Program-made: the position numbers and the translations under genes
Part shown: positions 36,310 to 43,438 of the stretch, piece by piece
How positions within the stretch are numbered: position 1 is the first letter of the stretch
Layout of the letters: each line of letters begins with the position of its first letter
IMG/VR virus record: IMGVR_UViG_3300045988_096302
Reading direction: 5' to 3' (one strand)
Origin: a virus
DNA length: 60,112 nucleotides
The notes under the pieces: generated by a model
Database searches by the model: none
The model's input: the letters and a program-made list of their open reading frames with translations, nothing else
Told to the model about the DNA's origin: nothing

Positions 36310-37949
36310 TATGACCCTCCTAAGTAATAAAGCTCAGCCACATGAAGAGAAAGCAATACACTATCCAGTTCGTCAGGAGACTGTCTGAGTAGCTTCTTAA
36401 TCTCTGCCTTAGGCCTGATCTTAACTTTTCTGTCCTCAGGTCTTTGAACCTCAGACACAAATGACATCTGCCTTGAAATAGCATCCCACACTTTTCTAAC
36501 AAAGGAAACTCTCTGTGCTTCCATCATACCTCTCAACATTAGGTGCATTTCAGCCCTTCTGTTGAAAGCATATTCAGCACTAGGATCTTTACCAATAATC
36601 TTGATCTCAGTAGGTTTACCACCAAAGTTTATGTCATACACAGGGCATTTAAGCTGTCCTGACAACCTTCTCATCTTGAGAGGCTGTACAATATGTGCTC
36701 CACCACCAGCATCTATGCCGATAGCTTTCACATTAAGTTGATTGGCAATGGTCACAATCTTATTGACAATTTCAATAGCTGTGACACCATCAATCCACTC
36801 TTTAGGCTTAATGTCCATTGTATCAATAGCTGTGAAGTGATTAGACTTGTCCACAGAAGAGATAGTGACCTGGATAGAGTCAGCACCTTTATAGGCACTA
36901 TCCACACCAAGGAAGAACTCCAATCCCTCTGTTTTCATGTCAAAGTCATCAAGGATATCAGGTGATGCATCAAAGAATGAAGATCTCTCAGTAGGGAACT
37001 CACACAGAAGGTTTTCTCGAATAGAATCCTCTGTAATTGTGAACTGAGATCTCATCAACTCATCCTTGGTGTACCTGATGCTTCCCTCCTCCATTGCTGT
37101 AACCACATCCAGCCACATAACAAATTCATCATCAGCAAGGTCTTCATTGGTCATGAAGTCATAAAAACTATTCAATGACCGTGGGTTTGAGATTAGGTAC
37201 ATAATCAACTTACGACCATCATCTGATTCAAATTCCCTACGACCCATGTGACCAAGGGCAATAGGTGAGATGTCAGAAGCTTCATCCCCAAACATGTTTC
37301 CTCCACGACCAATAACATGGATTTTAGATGGATCAGTATAGTTACTACCTGCGGATAGACCCTCTAACTTACCACCATTTCTGAATGTGAACCCTTCACT
37401 AGAGAATGATGATAAACCACGCTTTAGTCGCTTATCCACTGATGTTACATCCTTTTCATCAAAGGACAACATAGCCTTCACATCAGGGTGAGCGTTCACT
37501 AGGATTTCCCTAGCATGCTGAATGATAATTCCTGAATACTCTTGTGTTGATCCTACAGCATAGCAGTTCTCACCTTCATAAGCAAAATGGTTTGACATAA
37601 TGCCACAGAGGAATGACTTACCATACCGAGGAGTAGCCACACAGTATCCTGTTTTGAAGTCTCCACTAAGGAACGCTCCAAATTGCACAGCTTGAGACCA
37701 CCATAGCTCTAAGTTAAACTCAGATAATGCTGTGGTGAACCCAAGCTTGTAATATTCTAATTCTTTTTCAAAACCAAACCTTTCACGAATTGTGTTTCGC
37801 TTAAAGTGTTTGGGTATCTTTCCCTTCACAGCATCTTTAAGTTGATCCTGTGGAGTCACCTGATCCAAAAGGATTGATAACTTTTCCTTGTTGGATAAAA
37901 CCTTACGCTTTTGAGTAAGTAACCCAACATCTGCATCTTGGATGTGCAT
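36309..37949 (-). CDS. terL: terminase large subunit
   Basis: Walker A-like ATPRYGKSF, Walker B MFGDEAS, and a C-terminal nuclease-like FLGVDSAYKGAD. ATG at 37949 follows AGGAGG (the ORF-track start at 37976 is TTG). Confidence 0.8.
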   Translation of the reverse strand: MHIQDADVGLLTQKRKVLSNKEKLSILLDQVTPQDQLKDAVKGKIPKHFKRNTIRERFGFEKELEYYKLGFTTALSEFNLELWWSQAVQFGAFLSGDFKTGYCVATPRYGKSFLCGIMSNHFAYEGENCYAVGSTQEYSGIIIQHAREILVNAHPDVKAMLSFDEKDVTSVDKRLKRGLSSFSSEGFTFRNGGKLEGLSAGSNYTDPSKIHVIGRGGNMFGDEASDISPIALGHMGRREFESDDGRKLIMYLISNPRSLNSFYDFMTNEDLADDEFVMWLDVVTAMEEGSIRYTKDELMRSQFTITEDSIRENLLCEFPTERSSFFDASPDILDDFDMKTEGLEFFLGVDSAYKGADSIQVTISSVDKSNHFTAIDTMDIKPKEWIDGVTAIEIVNKIVTIANQLNVKAIGIDAGGGAHIVQPLKMRRLSGQLKCPVYDINFGGKPTEIKIIGKDPSAEYAFNRRAEMHLMLRGMMEAQRVSFVRKVWDAISRQMSFVSEVQRPEDRKVKIRPKAEIKKLLRQSPDELDSVLLSLHVAELYYLGGS

Positions 37950-38583
37950 AGACAGTATCTCCTCCTGTGTAATCAAGACTTTCTGATATTTGCACAGATG
38001 GAGCTACAGCCTGAAAGCTTTCATCCACAGGAATAGTTAAACCATCCATAGCCTTACAGATAGGGCAAGTTCGCTTATCACCTACAGCGTTCCATGTCTT
38101 AAGGAGCTGTTCTCCTGTGATTTCACCAAAGAGCTTAGCACTTTGCACAGAAGCTTTCTCAATCCCCATCTGTGTCTCACTTAATGCAAGACGGTCAATG
38201 TTAGACCAGTAGGATTTAAAGATCTCATCCTTGCTCTGAGTATCCTTGTTCTCATTCACAAGTTTCTTAAGATCCTTGACATGGTTATCCATGATCTCTC
38301 TGAGTCTTCCACGGTTACTTCTCACAAAAGAAGAAGTATCAACACCATTTCTCAGATTTATTAGATCCTGTGGATAGATGTTGTACCCTAAGGCATCCAA
38401 GATGTAATCAATCTCATCTAGGAATGTCGAAGAGTACATATCCACAAGGTAGTCAATGACAGCATCTTCAGCAGTCAAATAATCACCATCATAGATCACT
38501 GAGGATGCAAATGTCTCTAATAAAACCAAAAGATCAGGATAATAGCTATCAAAAACCTTATTTCTAGGGTTCTTCTTAGTCAT
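37903..38583 (-). CDS. head morphogenesis protein (SPP1 gp7 / Mu F-like)
   Basis: The C-terminal TCPICKAMDG...AHPRCRCWV signature is typical of this family. RBS GGAG. Confidence 0.7.
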   Translation of the reverse strand: MTKKNPRNKVFDSYYPDLLVLLETFASSVIYDGDYLTAEDAVIDYLVDMYSSTFLDEIDYILDALGYNIYPQDLINLRNGVDTSSFVRSNRGRLREIMDNHVKDLKKLVNENKDTQSKDEIFKSYWSNIDRLALSETQMGIEKASVQSAKLFGEITGEQLLKTWNAVGDKRTCPICKAMDGLTIPVDESFQAVAPSVQISESLDYTGGDTVYAHPRCRCWVTYSKA

Positions 38584-38941
38584 TCATATCTCCAAACAAC
38601 TCATCAAGCTTAGCTTTAGTATAATTCTTAAGCTCCTCAACACCATCCTTGGTATCGTGGTTGACATTGACAGTAGTTTGAGTTGCTTTACCCTCAATAC
38701 GGTCAGCCCACTCCTTACGCTCATAGTTATCTTCAAAACTAGCCATAATTTGAAGCATAGCATTTTTAGCCACAGGAGTTGCAGGAGGGATTGAGTTATA
38801 GACTTCAAAGCCTATTTTACTCACAAGAACTTCATCTACGTCTACTAGCCCCCAACGCATTTGATAAAGCTTTAGTGAGTCCTCATCCAAAAGACTGAGT
38901 TCTCGCATTGTTTCAGAGTAAAGTTTACCAGTTCTAGCCAT
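38576..38941 (-). CDS. hypothetical protein, possible small terminase subunit
   Basis: ATG at 38941 follows GGAGG (the ORF-track start at 38971 is GTG and would overlap the tRNA). It is the first protein gene of the packaging block. Confidence 0.35.
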   Translation of the reverse strand: MARTGKLYSETMRELSLLDEDSLKLYQMRWGLVDVDEVLVSKIGFEVYNSIPPATPVAKNAMLQIMASFEDNYERKEWADRIEGKATQTTVNVNHDTKDGVEELKNYTKAKLDELFGDMND

Positions 38942-38966
38942 ACTAGCAAACCTCCAAAATTTGATA

Positions 38967-39040
38967 TACACCCTATAGGGCTTGAACCTATAACCGCACG
39001 CTTAGAAGGCGTGTGCTCTATCCAGTTGAGCTAAGGATGC
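38967..39040 (-). tRNA. tRNA-Arg (anticodon UCU)
   Basis: Hand-folded 74-nt cloverleaf: acceptor GCATCCT/AGGGTGT (2 G-U), D stem GCTC/GAGC, anticodon stem CACGC/GCGTG with loop CTTCTAA, T arm ATAGG-TTCAAGC-CCTAT. Confidence 0.85.
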
Positions 39041-39085
39041 AGAGGGGTAGATACCCCATAGGAGACATGAATACCAATCATGACA

Positions 39086-39158
39086 AGCCCCTGACAGGAT
39101 TTGAACCTGCGATCAAGCTTTTGCAGAGCCATGCCTTTGACCTCTTGGCTACAAGGGC
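39086..39158 (-). tRNA. tRNA-Cys (anticodon GCA)
   Basis: Hand-folded 73-nt cloverleaf: acceptor GCCCTTG/CAGGGGC, anticodon loop CTGCAAA, T arm GCAGG-TTCAAAT-CCTGT, and discriminator U73, which is the tRNA-Cys identity base. Confidence 0.8.
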
Positions 39159-39165
39159 AGAGGGA

Positions 39166-39201
39166 GGTGAGAGGGAAAAATATCAACAAAAACCTCTCAC
39201 C
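39166..39201. repeat. perfect 9-bp inverted repeat with 18-nt loop between ruvC and tRNA-Cys
   Basis: GGTGAGAGG...CCTCTCACC. There is no flanking T-run on either strand. Confidence 0.6.
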
Positions 39202-39279
39202 GTGGAACAAAACACCGCTCACAAAGAGCAATCTATCCTAGCACACAGAAAGGAATAGGTGTGCCTGATAATTAGTATA

Positions 39280-39744
39280 TCAGATTAGGGTTTCCTTGTC
39301 AACCCCTTTTTGGAAATAAATTCCTAAAAGTATTGCTTCTGCATCATCATCACATTCAACTTCATAACCAAGCTCTCCACAAAGCTTAATAGCCTTAGCT
39401 TTTGCATCAGCTCTTTTACCGTTTAGCTTAAATTCTTTTCTCCACACAGTAGGCATTACAAACTTAACCTCTTGATCCTTAAGCTCTCTTAAAACCATAC
39501 CTTGCACCTGTGCTAATTTCACAAGAGTTGCCTGATTACTTAAAATTTTTAACTCTTCAATTCCGACTAAATCAAACTTGCCATATTTCTCACAGAGTAA
39601 TCTCACAAACTCTGCCATGTAGTTACCTCTCACAAGGAGGTCTTTATCTGTGCTTTTAATTACACCATAATCAATTAATTTTTCATCCTCAAAAACTGCA
39701 TATCCTGAACTTTTTGTGCTTAGATCTAAACTTAAGATTTTCAT
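39280..39744 (-). CDS. RuvC-like Holliday junction resolvase
   Basis: MKILSLDLSTKSSGYAVF N-terminus (catalytic Asp), GIEEL, and DDDAEAILLG. The ATG is at 39744, and the ORF-track N-terminal extension is actually the promoter. Confidence 0.75.
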   Translation of the reverse strand: MKILSLDLSTKSSGYAVFEDEKLIDYGVIKSTDKDLLVRGNYMAEFVRLLCEKYGKFDLVGIEELKILSNQATLVKLAQVQGMVLRELKDQEVKFVMPTVWRKEFKLNGKRADAKAKAIKLCGELGYEVECDDDAEAILLGIYFQKGVDKETLI

Positions 39745-39751
39745 GCTAATG

Positions 39752-39780
39752 ATTTTAGCACAAGAGTGAAATTCTGTCAA
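39752..39780 (-). promoter_or_regulatory. promoter whose -10 ends 7 nt before the ruvC ATG (leaderless mRNA predicted)
   Basis: On the - strand: TTGACA, 17 nt, TAAAAT, cattagc, then ATG. It shares the TGTGCTAAAAT -10 block with the promoters at 40103 and 46637. There is no Shine-Dalgarno sequence. Confidence 0.6.
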
Positions 39781-39783
39781 CAA

Positions 39784-40079
39784 CCTCTTTTTGTTTTATC
39801 TGTACACAAATGATTCACATAGATAATAATACTTACTTAACATTAATACTTAATGATTAATACTTAAGTACTTAACTACTAAGTAACTAAGTAGTATAGT
39901 TAGTAAGTTAAATTATATATATAAATCATTAATGCTTAGATTAATATCTTAGTAACTACTTAACTACTAACTTAGTAACCTAGTAACTTAGTAACTAAGT
40001 AGTAAGTATTAAGTTAATTATATATATAAATCATTTATCCCCAGATAGATATTTTAGGAAAATAATTTCTTTTATCCTC
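39784..40079. repeat. AT-rich repeat region between the divergent arms
   Basis: A 20-nt direct repeat AATTATATATATAAATCATT at 39911..39930 and 40016..40035. There are many ACTTA/TAAGT, TAACTAC and TAGTAAC units and a TACTTAAGTA palindrome. The motifs are shared with 46514..46561. Confidence 0.8.
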
Positions 40080-40108
40080 TTGACTATAATCGTTCACTGT
40101 GCTAAAAT
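40080..40108 (+). promoter_or_regulatory. early promoter (class TGTGCTAAAAT)
   Basis: TTGACT, 17 nt, then TAAAAT preceded by TGc. The RBS and the ATG at 40138 lie downstream. Confidence 0.65.
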
Positions 40109-40137
40109 AATCCTTAGCTAGCCAAAGGAGTATATAA

Positions 40138-41103
40138 ATGTACAGTAAAATTTTTAACCTCTACTTCAGTAAAGATAGACATCCAGGAAACAACATCATC
40201 TCAGAGGAATACTTTCAAGCTTCTGTGGAATTGGAAGGAAAGAGAGTAGCCAATGGAAGCCTAAAGCAGAATGTTAAAGACCTTGTGAAATTGCACTATG
40301 GTAAAGATATCACACAGATAGAATACTCTAGAAGTCCTCTTAGAGACTACTTCCACCTGTGCACAGAAGAGTTAAGTCACAGTGAGTTAGGAAAGCTTTA
40401 TTTTGACCTAATGAGCATGACTTACAAAGGTATGGAACTGTGTGATCTTGTGTATAAAGAAAATGGAGCACAAGCAGTAGCCAACTTCCTCTACAGCGCT
40501 AAATATAACTACTTCCACAAGGTGAGCATTGAGGATTATGAATATTACAATCCTGTGCCTTTTAGATTCTTCCTTAGCCTAGATCACAAGAAGTTTATGC
40601 CTAGAACTTCACAGGAGATGCTTTTCTTTAAGAAAGTAATTAGCCCTAGAGCTTATGGTAAGTTTGTAGCCTTAAGCACAAAGAGGATGGATAGATACCG
40701 AGATAGATATTCACGCTACCTTAACCACTACTTTACCACAGAGGACTTCACAGCCAAGTTCAGATTCAACGCTAACTTCACAAAGATGGTCACAAGGAAA
40801 GTCATCATGAAAGATAAGCTTCAGACCTTAGATGAATGGTTAAGCCTCTACAACCTCACTCCTATAGAGTATTATTCATGCTTTAACATTAAGTCTGACA
40901 CAGTAACACCTCGTATGGAATTAATCTGTAGCAAAGCAGGAATGGACACAAGAAGATTTATCTTTAACTCCTTAATCCTTAGCCTTGAGAAGCATATAGC
41001 CAATCCTTTCTATGGTGAGAAAGGTCATGCTAATCCTGATAGGTCAATAGCAATTAGTCATAGTAAATTTTTAAAGGAAACTGAAGGAACTCCTTCTTTC
41101 TAA
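40138..41103 (+). CDS. hypothetical early protein (321 aa)
   Basis: RBS AAGGAG 7 nt upstream. It is the first gene of the + arm and is followed by stacked terminators. Confidence 0.6.
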   Translation: MYSKIFNLYFSKDRHPGNNIISEEYFQASVELEGKRVANGSLKQNVKDLVKLHYGKDITQIEYSRSPLRDYFHLCTEELSHSELGKLYFDLMSMTYKGMELCDLVYKENGAQAVANFLYSAKYNYFHKVSIEDYEYYNPVPFRFFLSLDHKKFMPRTSQEMLFFKKVISPRAYGKFVALSTKRMDRYRDRYSRYLNHYFTTEDFTAKFRFNANFTKMVTRKVIMKDKLQTLDEWLSLYNLTPIEYYSCFNIKSDTVTPRMELICSKAGMDTRRFIFNSLILSLEKHIANPFYGEKGHANPDRSIAISHSKFLKETEGTPSF

Positions 41104-41198
41104 TCTAGTAGGGTAGCATTTAAGTTACCCTTTTTAAGTATCTAGGTTAACTATTAATCAACCCTAAATTAACCTTATAAAATTATGCTGGTATTTTT

Positions 41199-41225
41199 AA
41201 GAAGGTAATTTTCAACCTTCTTTTT
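41199..41225 (+). terminator. rho-independent terminator
   Basis: AAGAAGGT-aattttca-ACCTTCTT followed by TTT. Confidence 0.65.
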
Positions 41226-41235
41226 CAATTAATGT

Positions 41236-41259
41236 AGGAAGGTAAGTAACCTTCTTTTT
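41236..41259 (+). terminator. rho-independent terminator (second of a tandem pair)
   Basis: AGGAAGGT-aagta-ACCTTCTT followed by TTTA. Confidence 0.65.
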
Positions 41260-41635
41260 ATGTAGTAATGATAATTTAGGAAGGTAATGATGTAACACTT
41301 GATGGAGTAAGTAAGAAGTAACTTTAAACCCTAAAATTAACTACATTTTTATGCTGGTGAATAGGGAAGGGTGTAAGCCTTAAGCCTCTAATGACTAGAG
41401 GATTTTAAACCTTAATTTTACATGGAAATTTATGTTGGTCAATAGAGAAGATAGAAAGCTAGTAGTATCAATGGTTTAGGAAGGAATGAACCCTATTTTT
41501 ACATAAGAAAATATGCTCGTGAATAGAGAAATCAAGCCTCCCTCCCTGCCTCCTCATTTTTTAATCGACCTAACATTTTTCCATTTTTAACAACCTAACC
41601 TAACCCACTTTGTAACAATGAAAGGGGGAAATTAG

Positions 41636-41677
41636 AAAAAATTAACATAGCTTAACAAAAAAATTAACATACCTTAA
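41636..41677. repeat. iteron-like 20-nt direct repeat, 22-bp spacing
   Basis: AAAAAATTAACATAGCTTAA (41636..41655) and AAAAAATTAACATACCTTAA (41658..41677). They lie within a G-poor tract rich in CCTAAC/CTTAAC units. Confidence 0.75.
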
Positions 41678-41744
41678 TTTCTTTATTAACCCACCTTAAC
41701 CTCCATTACCTAACTGTACTATCTACCCTACCATTACACCATAC

Positions 41745-41770
41745 AAAAAAGCAACCATTAAATGATTGCC
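41745..41770 (-). terminator. rho-independent terminator of the lone antisense gene
   Basis: On the - strand: GCAATCA-tttaa-TGGTTGC (7 bp, one G-U) followed by TTTTTT, starting right after the stop codon. Confidence 0.65.
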
Positions 41771-42055
41771 TTAGTCTCTCCATCTCTTAGCTATCCTATA
41801 GCTACTGTATATCACTACCTTATCACCCTCTAGTCCACGAAGAGCCTGTTTGATATGTTTACTGTATATACTTGCTTCTTCAATAATAACTTGATAGCTG
41901 TTACCTCCTGTGATTAGTATTAGGTCTTCTTCATCTACCATATGAGAGTAGAGTACAGAAGTCCTCTTCTTTCTACCTTCCTTATAGGTGAGTACATTAC
42001 CCTCAATCCTGATTGATTGCTTGTGATTATTGGATATCTCTATTATCTTTACCAT
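41771..42055 (-). CDS. hypothetical protein (94 aa), lone - strand gene inside the + arm
   Basis: ATG at 42055 lies 10 nt after AAGGAG. It has its own promoter and terminator. Translation starts MVKIIEISNNHKQSIRIEG... Confidence 0.6.
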   Translation of the reverse strand: MVKIIEISNNHKQSIRIEGNVLTYKEGRKKRTSVLYSHMVDEEDLILITGGNSYQVIIEEASIYSKHIKQALRGLEGDKVVIYSSYRIAKRWRD

Positions 42056-42092
42056 TATTATCATTCTCCTTAAGTTATAATTCTCTACTATC

Positions 42093-42121
42093 ATTATATC
42101 AAAAAGGGGTTTACTTTACAA
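42093..42121 (-). promoter_or_regulatory. strong promoter for the lone antisense gene
   Basis: On the - strand: TTGTAA, 17 nt, then TGaTATAAT (extended -10 with a consensus -10). Confidence 0.65.
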
Positions 42122-42264
42122 GCAATAACTTACTTTCTTTTCTTCTTTCTTTCTTCCTCTTTCTTGCTCACTCACTTTCTAATTATGAATAGATAAAATT
42201 AAAAATATAATTGATGAAAAGCTAAAAAATTTTAAAATAAATTAAAAAAATTAACAAAAAAGGG

Positions 42265-42293
42265 TTGACTTTTATTTCAGATAATGGTATCAT
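42265..42293 (+). promoter_or_regulatory. promoter (class AAAAAAGGGTTGAC)
   Basis: TTGACT, 17 nt, then TGgTATCAT. An A-rich UP-like tract lies upstream, and the leader to the ATG at 42434 is about 130 nt. Confidence 0.6.
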
Positions 42294-42433
42294 AGTATCA
42301 GAGGTTGAGAGAGATACAACCTAGGAGCTATCAAGATTCAAGTTACTACCTTCTTTAGGATAAGGAGCATAGGACTTGTGAGACAAGCCAAAAGCAAAGA
42401 TCTCACTATTAAAATCCAAAGGAGATAGGTAAA

Positions 42434-42697
42434 ATGACCTATAAATTCAATTACAAAAATGCAGAACTATTTGCTTCTAAAATGTCAGTAAATGGTTACC
42501 GTTTGTTTATCATGATTGACCATGAGAATGGTACTTACTTCTATGGACAATCTCATAGCACTGTTGTAAGTCTTCATAAGGCTGAGTACATCCACTCAAT
42601 GAATATGCTACAAAGAGATATCCGAAAAATGAGAGATCAAATGGAGTCTAGAGGCTTCCATGAAATGACTGATGAGGAATGGTATAACATAATTTGA
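42434..42697 (+). CDS. hypothetical protein (87 aa)
   Basis: RBS AAAGGAG. Confidence 0.55.
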   Translation: MTYKFNYKNAELFASKMSVNGYRLFIMIDHENGTYFYGQSHSTVVSLHKAEYIHSMNMLQRDIRKMRDQMESRGFHEMTDEEWYNII

Positions 42698-42776
42698 TAA
42701 AATACTAAATCGCCTTGGTAACTTGGAAACAACGGTTACACTTTAATTTAAATTTTAAAATCCAGGAGAAATAAAA

Positions 42777-43145
42777 ATGTCTAAAACACTACAAAATATC
42801 ATTGAAAAAGCAGTATCTAAAGGATTCGCCAATAAAAATGGGCGTATGATGTACTATTGTGGAGGAGGCTTGCAAAGTCAATGGCAAGCACGTTACAATA
42901 AAGAAACTGATATTTTTGAGTTGGATCATTGGGGAACTAATATTGTTACATTAGAACAATTCAGTACTTTCCCACTAGTAGCCCATATCTATGGACAAAG
43001 TAAAAGTGACCGTGATGCACTTGTTCAATTATTCAACTACTGTGGAAGAAATGACTTCCGTGTTAGCTATCGTCCATCACGTGATGAATTTTATGTAAAA
43101 GCCCAATTTGTAGGCAAGAAAACATTAGAAGATTATATCATTTAA
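42777..43145 (+). CDS. hypothetical protein (122 aa)
   Basis: RBS AGGAG. Confidence 0.55.
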   Translation: MSKTLQNIIEKAVSKGFANKNGRMMYYCGGGLQSQWQARYNKETDIFELDHWGTNIVTLEQFSTFPLVAHIYGQSKSDRDALVQLFNYCGRNDFRVSYRPSRDEFYVKAQFVGKKTLEDYII

Positions 43146-43156
43146 GGAGAAAAACA

Positions 43157-43438
43157 ATGAAAAAAGCATTATTTACTATTCTACTTGCTTGTGTGTTAGG
43201 TTTAAATATCTACACACTTGCAAAAGTAACCACTTTTACACAAAAAGAGCAAGAAAAGCAGGAATTTGTTCAAAACTACACGCTTAAAGACAAGCAGATT
43301 CTAGATGCTTATATTGAAAATGGGGATCACAAGCTTGTTATTTGGTCAGAAGCCAAAAAGAGCAAGTTAGTTATTACAGTAGCCGAAAATGTTTGGAAGT
43401 TATCTATAATTGGGAAGGATTACAATGGAAAGATTTAA
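43157..43438 (+). CDS. small membrane-anchored or lipoprotein-like protein (93 aa)
   Basis: RBS AAGGAG. N-terminal MKKALFTILLACVLGLNIY is a signal/anchor with a possible LLAC lipobox. Confidence 0.5.
   Translation: MKKALFTILLACVLGLNIYTLAKVTTFTQKEQEKQEFVQNYTLKDKQILDAYIENGDHKLVIWSEAKKSKLVITVAENVWKLSIIGKDYNGKI

Larger units (their letters stand above)
41160..41560. repeat. degenerate tandem array, about 81-bp period (4 clear units plus 1 decayed unit)
   Basis: AAACCCTAAAATTAAC...TTTTTATGCTGGTGAATAGRGAAG boxes, with the ATGCTGGTG-like core at 41185, 41260 (decayed), 41351, 41432 and 41513. The last three are spaced exactly 81 bp apart. Confidence 0.8.

Noticed and set aside
37903-37976. A 74-nt overlap between the head-morphogenesis gene and the large terminase, as a possible frameshift or fusion site.
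   Set aside because: The terminase ORF-track start is a TTG. An ATG at 37949 with AGGAGG upstream reduces the overlap to 47 nt. No slippery heptamer was seen. An ordinary overlap is more likely.
39013-39258. ORFs 39013..39258 (+) and 39031..39231 (-).
   Set aside because: They overlap two well-folding tRNA genes and the inverted repeat, and have no RBS. The region is RNA-coding or intergenic.
41161-41340. CCCTAAA / CCTAACCTAACCC strings resembling eukaryotic telomere repeats.
   Set aside because: They are single or double copies only, inside a larger bacterial-phage repeat unit. There is no tandem telomeric array.
41326-41375. Resemblance of the unit core (TTATGCTGGTGAATAGG, and on the - strand ATTCACCAGCATAAAAATGTAGTTAATTTTAGGG) to streptococcal type II-A CRISPR repeat / tracrRNA anti-repeat sequences, which would suggest an RNA anti-CRISPR decoy.
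   Set aside because: The match needs several indels and covers only about half the positions in AT-rich sequence, which is within chance. A covariance-model search or an alignment to the actual host repeat would be needed. Kept as a note only.
41160-41560. Whether the 81-bp-period repeat array is a CRISPR array.
   Set aside because: The repeat copies are only about 70-80 percent identical and vary in length, the array has 4-5 units, and there are no cas genes. CRISPR repeats are near-identical.
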